The translations under genes and the position numbers were made by a program. The notes beneath the pieces were generated by a model. The model searched no databases and was not told the DNA's origin. It saw only the letters and a program-made list of their open reading frames with translations. A stretch of DNA of 61,760 nucleotides, the filler included, from Streblomastix strix (Eukaryota): assembly GCA_008636045.1 (NCBI GenBank). It is 3 parts of 3 records of this genome, joined end to end, with 100 filler letters (N's around TTAATTAATTAA, not from the genome) between each part and the next. Parts side by side here need not be neighbours in the genome. Positions count along the whole stretch, not along the records: positions 1 to 20,566 come from SNRW01000429.1; 2 more parts are not named here. The stretch is one strand, 5' to 3'. Positions 1 through 10,268 of this stretch are shown one piece after another. Each line of letters begins with the position of its first letter. The stretch's first letter is position 1.

Positions 1-336
1 TCCGAATATAATTAGTTTATTTATTTTTTCTCACTTCTGGCAGAATGGCAGGCAGGCAGCTCTTTTTGGTAGAAATTTTTGACTCGATGCACTCGATGCA
101 CTCGGTGCAGCTAAAAGTCATTCATTACCTAATCCATTTATTCGTGTCAATAACATATATTTATTAACGATTTCAGCGTAGCAACTTCAACGAATTCATT
201 TATAAATTCACATACAAATATATTTTATGTTCAAAATTCACTAACGAAGTCATCAACGAAGTCATTAACGAATTCATCAATAAATTTTAGGTTTCCGATT
301 ATAAAATCCAATAACCAACTTCATCAACTTCACCAT

Positions 337-604
337 GTAGTTATGAGAATATGGAGAGTGCCATACGTTCAAAAATCAACATCATTAATCAATATCATTA
401 ATCAACATCATTAATCAATATCAATAATTATATTCATAATCATATAATCATTAATCAAACACATATGAATATTCTGGATTACATTATTTTATTATAATTA
501 TTATTTTTTCATTATTTAATATTATTATTTTATAATCATTATTTTATTTAACATTATTTATTTTATTTTTCTATGTGGGGCACTCTCCATATTCTCATAA
601 CTAC
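337..604. repeat. Cassette bounded by a perfect 26-bp inverted repeat
   Basis: gtagttatgagaatatggagagtgcc at 337-362 is the exact reverse complement of 579-604; AT-rich spacer with short atcattaatca repeats. Confidence 0.95.
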
Positions 605-2285
605 TCACAAGCAAGAATCCACCAACATTAGATTGAATCAACAACGACAGGGGCCATTCTGCGGATAACGTAATACCGTGCTGCTTATTCTGTAATAAAT
701 TTAAGTCAAATTAAGAAGAAAATTTGATAAGATTTGTAATACAACTAAAGAATTTCTGATATTGCAAAAAATTTACCAATGATAATAACTGATGAAGAAG
801 TTTATCAAATTTTAAGTTCTGGAATATCTGGTGGTCTATCATAGGTGATGCGTAGATGTAATGTTTCAGGTGAAACTAAAATAAATTAATTAAAATTTAT
901 TAATGGAAAAGTCATCAGCTAAGATACCGACCACATAATGACCTATCTTTTGACACTAGATTTCAATTATTAATATCCCAGCCTTATGAGCTCAGAACCG
1001 TATAAGTTCATCAAATATACGGGAGGTAAATTATACATGGCGGGATAAATATTGGATAAAATTATTGATAAATATACTGCAAGAAATTTAATTTATAATC
1101 CATTGCGATTTAATGATGTTGAAGGAATGCCTTTATTTATCGCAGTTATTAAAGGACACATCGACGAAAAACATATTAATGATTTCATTAATTTTCTTCC
1201 TGTACTGAGAAACATTAATATTTTGGCTGATGAAAAACGTTATGTTCATATATATATATAATCTAATACTGAAAAATAATATATAGCACGTTGAAATTAA
1301 AAAAGAATTAACAAATTTATCTTGGATACATGAATAGTTCATGTCGTTCAATAATTAATATTTGTGGTTTCTCATTGATGATTTTCATTTCATTATTGAT
1401 AACATTTAATATATTAAATCATTCTCTAAGCATGACAGATTCATTCAATTTGTTAAAAAATTTTTAAATCAACGAATATAGGTAATTAACGAAAAAATGA
1501 TGGAAAATAACAATTCTATAAATTAGCAAAGAATTCAAGTTTTGGAAATGATGGAATGAATTAAGAAAAATACACTCAAACAAAGTTGTTAAGCTCTGAT
1601 AGGACATGGTTGTCTCATCTCTAAGGTTCATTCGTTAAGGACTAATAATTAATAAATGATTTATTTGCTGTGTTTTTAATGCTAAGAGCTGCATCTGTAA
1701 CATTTGGCTCCATTCTGCTTATTTCGTATAAAATTATAACTAATATTTGTATCCTAATTTAATCTATAATTTTATGTATAAAGCTTTCGATATGAACAAG
1801 ATGCACTATATATGTGGTGATACTGATTCGATGACATGGGCCGTCAGCGTGAATCGTGAAAGCGAATACAGACAGAAGTTTAAATACGTCATAAAAGACC
1901 AGAAATTTTTCGATGAAAATTATGCTTTATTCTTCGGTTAATATAAACAACTATTGGGAGTCAGTTATGAGGTAGAAAGAACAGCTTGCATTGCTCTAGC
2001 TCCTATAATTTACTACATTTATAATACAAAACTTAATGAGAATGAAAATGATTAAAATTACTGTTTAAACAAAGTAATTTAAAACAAAACATACAACTAA
2101 ATGATGAAGCATTCAAGTAATCTTTAATTGGAGAATCTATTTATGCATAAAATATTATTCCTCGTTAAAGAAATAAATAATTGTCAAAAATATTTATATT
2201 TAAAGTAGGTTTAACATCAATTCATATCAAAATGGTTGTTCTTGAAAATTAGTATTGTGCTACATTCTTATACATTAACGGTTAA
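605..2285 (+). pseudogene. Family B DNA polymerase (protein-primed type) preceded by an HNH-like motif; 5' truncated and frameshifted
   Basis: With TAR=Q: PPTLD*INNDRGHSADNVIPCCLFCN (HNH-like), ILSSGISGGLSQV, motif A LTLDFNYQYPSLM (~950-990), motif B FYKLAKNSSFGNDGMN (~1515-1561), motif C YICGDTDSM (~1807-1833). Confidence 0.85.
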
Positions 2286-2470
2286 TAATTAAGTTCAGAT
2301 AATTAATTAATTACTACTGTAAGTCATTAATGAATTTCATAAATTTGACACGATAATTTGAATTTGATAATTAATGACTTTTGAGTGTTCCGTGTGTTCC
2401 GAATGTTATGAGTCAGAAATTTTCATAAAAATCTGTAACTAATCTGCTAATTTACCAGATTATTAATTGA
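2280..2470 (-). repeat. Inverted copy of the element's subterminal module
   Basis: Reverse complement (cagatttttatgaaaatttctgactcataacattcggaacacacggaacactcaaaagtcatt) aligns by eye with 4384-4447 and 57-123. Confidence 0.8.
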
Positions 2471-2518
2471 TTTCATTAGTAATTTGAATATAAATTGTTT
2501 TATTTTTACATTAAATAA

Positions 2519-3950
2519 ATGTAAAACGAAAATAGATTATATGAAGATATATTAAGGACTTTTGCTGGTGAAAAATATCAAAGAGAATAATATGTATTTG
2601 ATGTATAATGAGATATTGATGGTAAAGCATATAAAGTTCATTATAAAATGACTCTATCAGAGTTCATAAAAAATATCCTTAAAATTGCAAAGAAAAAAAT
2701 ATCGATGTTATGGTAGAGAAAGCTGATGAAATAATTATTGGAAAAAAGAACAGTGTAAGAATAGTACTATTATTATTTTTCAGTTTAATCGCAGTATCAA
2801 CCTACAAAATATTAAAATTAATAAAAAATAAAAAAATGGAATAAGATCTAAAATATGCTGTTTAATCATCCAGTTCATCAACCACTTCATCATCCAGCTC
2901 AAAAATGGATTAATTATAAGTTTCAGAAGATATTCCTTACTTTTCCTTCAAATCAAATTTAAAATTGTTTGAAAAAAATAACAAATAAAAATATGCTAAT
3001 AATCAAAACTTACCAATAAACGATTATAAATTAAAACCATTATAAAGAGTAATACGGCCTTATTTCTCTCCAAAGTTGGGAAGTTGGGAAATAGATGTAG
3101 TCTTATCTGTCGACCAAGCATTGTAAGAAAATAACGATGAATATGATGCTGCTTTCTTTGAAAAAAATGAAATAAAAAAAAGAGATGAGAAACGTATTGA
3201 ACCTATTAAGAAAAAAGGCTTGTATTTTTTTTCTGCATAAACATTAATACGAAATATTTAGTGGTATATCCATTGATAGATAAATCTGCCGCATAGGTAG
3301 TTAGATAATTAAAAAACTGTTTAAAAAAAATATTATGTAAATAATATTCGTGGTGATGGAGAGAAAGGATTTAATGGTTCATATTTTGCTTTATTTTGTT
3401 CTGAGAATAAAATTAATGGTTATTTCACAGATTCAAAATTCACTAATCATAATCGAGTAGTCGATTCAGTTATTGGAACAATAAGGAATGCGTTTGGTTA
3501 TAAATTTAATTAATTTTCAACGAATCACTAAATGCAAATAGTCGTTGGTATATGCAATAATACACCACATCTAGCGTTTCAAAATAAATATAACCCATTT
3601 CAAGTTCAATTGTCAAGAGATTTAGAAGGACAACATATACGTTCATGAATGAAGAAATTATAACGATAATTAGCAAGAAAACAATAACAGGGCATATTAT
3701 CATTTAAAGCAGGAAATATAATATTAATACATCTTGATTTTTAAAAAACATAATAAAAATTTATGAAATAAAAATAAATTTCAAATAATTAACTGAATTC
3801 TTCAGTTATATAAATAGTACTGTTTTATGCTGATTATCGAATCATTCCTATCTAATAAATATTATAAAAATTACCTACGCATTATTGTAAGTATGTAAGT
3901 GAAAATAAAGAATCTATACCAGGATATTATGCAACAAAGTTTTAATTTGA
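2519..3950 (+). pseudogene. Retroviral-like (rve) integrase of Polinton type, frameshifted
   Basis: RPYFSPKLGSWEIDVV, FCININTKYLVVYPL, NNIRGDGEKGFNG, FTNHNRVVDSVIGTIRNAFG, CNNTPHLAF: the order of motifs in an integrase core. Confidence 0.8.
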
Positions 3951-4006
3951 TGAAATAAAAATAATAATTATAATTATTTATTTTTAATTTCCAATTTTAA
4001 TTAAAA

Positions 4007-4326
4007 TAACAGATAATCAAGCAATCAACGAATTAACACAAATTGAACAATAAATAGCTTCAGGTAAATATGGAATATCAAAGAAATATACCGATAAAGA
4101 ATAGACAACGATTGCTACAAGAGAACAACGCAAAAATGCAACAATCAGACATAAATAAAATTTAACTAATTATGTTTCAAAATTCAATGATATTCAACTA
4201 TTAATAATCAAAAAACATTAAAGAATAATCGTAAATTGTAATATTTTGATAATAATAAACGAATTGATTAAAAAACATGATGAGAAGCCACAAATATAAG
4301 AAAACAACGAATCAATCATCGTTTGA
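4007..4326 (+). pseudogene. Small hypothetical ORF of the Polinton-like element
   Basis: ITDNQAINELTQIEQQIASGKYGISKKYTDKEQ... ends TGA 4324-4326; start appears mutated (ATA). Confidence 0.4.
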
Positions 4327-4611
4327 ATTTAATCTTATTTTTATTAATGTTTCTCACTTGTTCACAGATTGGCAGGTTGGCAGCAGATTTTTATGAAAGT
4401 TTCCGACTCGGAACTCTCGGAACACTCAGAACAATCAAAAATCATTCACTACCTATATCAGTTATTTATGCTGGCTAAATGAATTTTATTAACGTTTTAC
4501 AGTAATAATCTATCAATTTCACTCTAGAAATGTTCAAATAATTGCTAATTTCACTAATATATTTTAGATTTCCATAAATGTTTATCCATAAACTAAGTCA
4601 ATATTACACTT

Positions 4612-4880
4612 TAGTAGTTATAGGAACAAGGGAAGTACCTTATATACAAAGATTACTTCCATTAATCAAATCTATTAACCATGTACATATATCACACTCA
4701 ATATCCGTATCTAATCACGTAATTCATTAATCTAATACAAATGAATATTTTCTTTCACATTATTGATTCACGAATTTTATCAATCATTATTCATTATCAT
4801 ATTTTAATTTCATTACATAATTATCATTATTTATAAAAATCTTTCCATGTGGGGCACTCTCCTTGTTCCTATAACTATTA
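4612..4880. repeat. Second inverted-repeat cassette, homologous to 337-604
   Basis: tagttataggaacaagg (4615-4631) pairs perfectly with ccttgttcctataacta (4861-4877); atgtggggcactctcc is shared with the first cassette. Confidence 0.9.
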
Positions 4881-5563
4881 TCCAGCATTATATCATAAAT
4901 ACACATCTACATCATTTAAAAATGAATTTCTTATATAAATTTCGAAGTTCTTCTTATCTATTTCTAAAATAGCAAAAAATCAGCTTCAATTTCAAAAAAT
5001 ATAAGAAATTTAGAGGTGTTTTACCTATTATGATTACATTATTATTTCAATAAAAGAAAAATAAACTAAAAAGGGAAATAATTATAGATCATAAATTAGT
5101 TTTTATTTAAAAAATTATAAAATTTTATTAATAAATATGTAAATTTTTTATCAAAATATTGAAATCATTATCAAATTATTGTAAGTTCTATATAAAAAAT
5201 GAAATTTATATTAGAAATTGAATAAAATAAATTAATTTTTGTTCAATTTCAAATTAAAAGTTTTATATATAAAAAAGAAATTAAAATAAAAAAGAATACT
5301 TTAATTATTCATTATTTTTATATTCTTTATGTTTACAATATAAAAAAATAATATATTAGATAACATTGTATAAAATATTTGCAAATTATCTAAAATAAAA
5401 CAATAGATTATGAAACTAAGTATTGCTTTGTATTATTCCAATACCTTATCAGTATAAGTATCACTAAATCTAAATTTATTTAATTATAAAATTAACCATA
5501 ATTAATTAATAATTTTTATTTTCAAATTCAAAAATTACTCATCAATGGGCGCGATCGAAGAAA

Positions 5564-6609
5564 ATGGTCATTGATTTCAGCTTATAATAATATATCATTT
5601 GCTACAAGAACACATATTTTTTACTAATTAAATAAAATTTTATCTTCTCAATCTCTCCTTGTTGCGCAATTTTAAAAATAGTCAGGAACTGCTCAGAACA
5701 TACGCTCTACAATCCACTTAAAGGGAAGCACACAGATTGTCACTGAATACTTTGGATTTAGCATTAATAGTATCCTTTTCTAGGTATTTGAGCAAATTGC
5801 TTCGTTACGAGGACTATTGTTATTTATTTCTTTTGCAGCGCGGAATCTACCCAGCAGAAAAGTTTTAGGTTGTGAACAAGTATGGACTACAAGTTTACGT
5901 GACAAAAGATAATGGACTAAAGGCGTATCTTGGCTAGGTTCTCACTCAAATCTCTGGTATTTACATAATATTTTTGTAAACCTTTTTATGTGTTTCTTAC
6001 CATTTTTTGTTATTTTTCCTAGAATGGCTAATGTCTGGTGCTGTTTAGAAGCTTGTGCTTGTTATTTCATCTGCTACAACGAATGAAGTCCTCGAACGCT
6101 GGGTATTTGATGTAGAAACAGATAAAGAATTAATTGCCAGCTAAAAGTCTGCTCTTTTGAGATTTCATTATTGAATTTGAATTATGGTAACATAATCATA
6201 ATTTTATTTTATGTTGGTAGACCTGTTCAGAAGAGCGAAAAGGACATTCAACAGGAGATTCAAGCGATCATGAGATAGATTGCTGCTTCTGTAACATACC
6301 TGCCACTCCTAAATGAACCTTGTATGCAAACTGTCATTTACTAGTCTATTAAGTAGTATTATATATTCTATTTTAAATATAGGTGCATTTGACCTCCTTG
6401 TATACGCTGATGACACAATCCCAGTCCCACCAGCATGGGAAGAGAGTGATGCTAAACTTATTGCAGCTGGAGGAGACACAGTCGATTTCAAAACATTCAG
6501 TACAAAGGTTTCATTATTTTGTTTTATTATATTATTCATCGTATTTCCTTTAAATATGCTTATTTAGATCCACACAATTCGCCCAACAGTTTCATACAAG
6601 TGTGTTTGA
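5564..6609 (+). CDS. MAD2: Mitotic spindle checkpoint protein MAD2 (HORMA domain), 6 exons
   Basis: Spliced: M|SGTAQNIRSTIHLKGSTQIVTEYFGFSINSILFQ|RGIYPAEKF...VLERWVFDVE...IQAIMRQIAASVTYLPLL...FDLLVY...WEESD...FSTK|IHTIRPTVSYKCV-TGA. TAG sits at the conserved Gln of ILFQRG and RQI. Confidence 0.95.
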
Positions 6610-6815
6610 TTCTGTGTTCAGTAATCGCACAATGTTTTATATGGGAATGTCTTCATTTGAAAATGGGCTTATAATGCGTCATTCAAGCAACAAGAGTATT
6701 TAACACTCAAAAATAAAAAACTTTAGATTCCAGTTTAAGTAAATTCATTTGATATGCATTTTATTATCATTCATACTCATGTTTTCGAGTAACTAATTAA
6801 GAAAGCAACACGTAT

Positions 6816-7489
6816 TCATTTTCTTGCTGGTGGATAAGATAACTGTGGTTGTGGCTAGCCTGCCATACGTTGAAGAACCAAATCTACTCTTGAAATTGTA
6901 TCATCACGTGCTTGCCTGATCATCTCACGTACTTCTTTAAGGATTTCTATCTTCAGCTTCTCAAGTTTTGTATTCAAGTCATCATCTGATTTATTGCATT
7001 ATATAATGAAAAAGTTAAATAAGCGCATTTCGAAGAAATAAAATTAATAGCAGACTGTCGGGGATAAGGCCTCCACCTGGGGCTACTTAGGCCACATCGT
7101 CAGGCTGTGGCTGTGGGATTAATTAAAGAATACGCTTGACAGCATCTAATAGTTTTGTTGTATCCTTCTAATCTACAAAATTGAAGCCGAAAGAGCCGGC
7201 GAATGGTGATTAGAAATGTACAAAATTAGGAGAAAGCTTCTAGACAGGTGTGTCGTGAAGAAGCTCCGCATTTATTAAGAACTATAAAATTGAAATCGTT
7301 TTGTATAAAAGAATAAGACAGTAGACAAACTTTCTTGGTCTCCAAGTGAACGGCAACAAATCTTGATCGTTTTTCGGTAGGGTCGTACAAAAGCTCTAGC
7401 TGGCAAAGCCCTTCTTCCACAGATCTCCATTATTCATCTTCAACCTGAGTAATTTGGCAGTTGCCCGAAAAATAACTTGTCTCAGCCAT
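6816..7489 (-). CDS. EVH1/WH1-like protein with a C-terminal VASP-tetramerisation-like coil, 3 exons
   Basis: MAETSYFSGNCQITQVEDEQWRSVEEGLCQLELLYDPTEKRSRFVAV...QKASPNFVHFQSPFAGSFGFNFVDQKD...DLNTKLEKLKIEILKEVREMIRQARDDTISRV; ends TGA. Confidence 0.7.
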
Positions 7490-7823
7490 TTTTTCTAAAG
7501 AGTTAAAATAAAAAATTTTAGATTTTCAAGGCTCAATAATCTCGAAAATGGATTTAGTATGGTAGAAAAGTTATAAAAGAAATGATATATATAATTGTGC
7601 GCAATAGTAAAATTTAAAAAACGTATAATTAATAGTGGTAAGTGGGTAAATTGGAGTTTTAAATTAATTAATAATATCTCTTTTAATTTCAATTAAATTC
7701 ATATTATATCTTGATTACATACTCACAGAAATATATAATGTCGTCATCAGGATACATAAGAAGATATATTATGAACTTTCAATTCACAAAAATGTTTGAA
7801 ATGGTGCCTTAAAGAGAGCTGTT

Positions 7824-8285
7824 GGTGCGTTACCTGTTATGATGGCTTTTTATCAATATAAACTATACTGGCTTTTTTAGGGCCACTATTATTTAATAAT
7901 AATAGTTTTATATGTTATATTGGCTGAATTTGATTTTTTATCTAAATTTTTTATTTTTATGGTTTAAATAATAAACATAAATGTTTATTTAAAATTAAAA
8001 TAATTAAATTTGTGCATGTAATAATGATAGGGTTAGGGTCTTGGTCCCCACGCGGCCTGCTCAAGCTTTCACCTATTCTAATGATAGGGTTAGGGTCTTG
8101 GTCCCCACGCGGCCTGCTCAAGCGTGTGCCTATTTTTTTAAGAAAGTTAGTTTAATTAAATTATAATGGCCTAAGCCAGTATATTTTCATTATTGGTTAG
8201 TAAGCCATTATAACATATGATACTGTATAAAAAGCCACTATATTTGAATTCATTGTTAAAAAGCCAGTATAACATGTAATGAACC
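7824..8285. mobile_element. Non-autonomous DNA transposon (MITE), possibly Merlin-type
   Basis: 8-bp TSD gagctgtt at 7816-7823 and 8286-8293. Imperfect TIRs ggtgcgttacctgttatgatggcttttt and ggttcattacatgttatactggcttttt; repeated subterminal tggcttttt motifs. Confidence 0.85.
8022..8135 (+). repeat. Two tandem 57-bp-period GC-rich units containing TAGGGTTAGGG
   Basis: The 45-mer taatgatagggttagggtcttggtccccacgcggcctgctcaagc is identical at 8022-8066 and 8079-8123. Confidence 0.95.
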
Positions 8286-8417
8286 GAGCTGTTCAATTCA
8301 ACTTGTTAAAAATATATTTATTCTATATTTTAATTCTGATGATTATTTAATAATATTTATATATAAATAACAAAGATAAAATATGAAGTGAAATTAATTT
8401 AATTGAGTTACAAATAT

Positions 8418-9618
8418 TCAATTTTAAATTCGCTGAAGATACGCAGATTCTACAGATCTAGAGAGCTGCAAAATTATAAATAATATCAATTAACATTTAA
8501 ATAAAAAAGAATATGCAAACTGTTTCAATTGATATTACAATACTCGAGAGTGTATCTTTGCATGCATCACATTCTGTATCTAAGCGTTCCTCTATATCTG
8601 CAGTAGAAGTCAGTAATCTGATTTCTAATTTATCTTCTTCTTCCTGACTAATGCGGTGGAATGCAGCAATCTCCTATTCCAACCTTCTAAGCTCTATCTA
8701 TGTCCTTGTCAGGAAATCACGCCATCCTTCTTCCATTGCTCGGATTCGATCAAGAAGTTACTGTAGGAGAGCATTCTCTTTTAAAGGAGCAACACGAAGA
8801 TTATTCTCCAGATCAATCTTATATGAAAGTAAAAAGAGAATGAAAGTAATGAAAATAATATAAGTAAAGAATAGACAAAGAATCATACAGCAATCTTTGA
8901 TGTTACAGGTTGGAGTTTATTAAACACAGCTTTTATCTTCTCAAGTCTTGTATCTTTGATTGAAAGATCAGTATCAATTATTTTGAGTCTTTTCTATGTT
9001 GCATCACATACTGATGAAATCTCCTTAAATCTTTCTTCATATTCTTTCAGCGAATTTGAAAGAGTTGTCCCAAATAATGTTTAGAGCACATCTCGAAGTT
9101 TCTTGAACTCAGAATCGCGTTTTGTTCGCTCAAGTTCCAAGTTATGATCAAGCTTAAGCACAATTTATTGCAGGATTACAACACGTGCAGAATCTTATTT
9201 CTTTAATTAATCCTATTAAGATTTAATTTTTTGGAGGAAATCTGGTACAGTGCTATTAATTTATTCAAGTCTATAGAGAAATATGGTTAATTCTTAAAAT
9301 AAAAATGTTTAAATACTTCTATACAATGTTAAACTATTGATCTTCTGTTATTTATTAAACAGCTTGTTATGGAGGAGATGCTTTAACAAGAGGAGATGCT
9401 TTAGCTGGCGGTACTGGCGATGCATCTTTTTGAATTTAATCTTGTTCTACTATTTTCTGTTAAGAAACCTCTTGTATTTTATTGCTTTCTTCTTATTTTT
9501 AAACTTTACTTTAAGTTTTTAAGTCTTTAACAGTTTGTTGCTTGGTTTTTGGCTTCGGTGGAGCTGATTTTCCTAATGTTTATTGTTTTGCTTTAGTTAC
9601 GCTCTTAGACGAATTCAT
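8418..9618 (-). CDS. Hypothetical coiled-coil protein with a Lys/Pro-rich N-terminus, about 4 exons
   Basis: MNSSKSVTKAKQQTLGKSAPPKPK...DHNLELERTKRDSEFKKLRDVL...RIRAMEEGWRDFL...SRSVESAYLQRIQN-TGA; GT-AG introns. Confidence 0.65.
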
Positions 9619-10268
9619 CGAATCTTAAATATAAAATAATTAATAATAAAAACATATATGCAATTAATTAATTGTTTATTTGTTTAAAATGTTGAAATGT
9701 GGAGGTAAAATCGAAATTTCTTATTTATCTTGATTTTAAAGCCTAATTTTTATTATTATTATTGTAATTAAGTACAAAACATGCAAATATTTAAAAATAT
9801 TACTATGAATTTCACTAAATATAATAAGTGACTCCAAACCGTTGATTTAGAATTCGGATCCTCGCGCAGCTCCTTATTCTAAATATATTAAATTTAATTG
9901 GATTATTAAATTAAATTAAATTTTATTTGATTAATATTTCTGGTTTATATTTACAGCCATCCGAATTGGTTTTAAAATCTCGATATGTATAACCTTTTAA
10001 TTTATTTTAAACTAATAATTTATTAATAAAATCCAGTTAAAATTTAAAAAATATAAATCAAATAACTAATAAAAAATGAAAAGAGCAGATTGCATCTTTA
10101 CTATGTAATTCTTGTTTTCTAACTATTACAATCATAATTTAACAATTTCACATGTAAAATGTTATTTATATATATAAATAAAATTAATTTATATTATCAC
10201 TTTTTAATATATTACCTTTTTGTTAAGTATTTTTTAAAGAAAATTAAAATTCGGATCAATTTAAATCA

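Larger units (their letters stand above)
1..4880 (+). mobile_element. Degenerate Polinton/Maverick-like (pPolB + integrase) endogenous element; 1-604 appears to be the end module of a second copy
   Basis: Protein-primed-type PolB relic, rve-type integrase and a small ORF on + strand. Homologous non-coding end modules at about 28-604 and 4351-4880, and an inverted partial copy at about 2280-2470. Confidence 0.75.

Noticed and set aside
8027..8095. TTAGGG motifs as a real telomere
   Set aside because: Only about two repeats per unit, internal to a TSD-flanked element.
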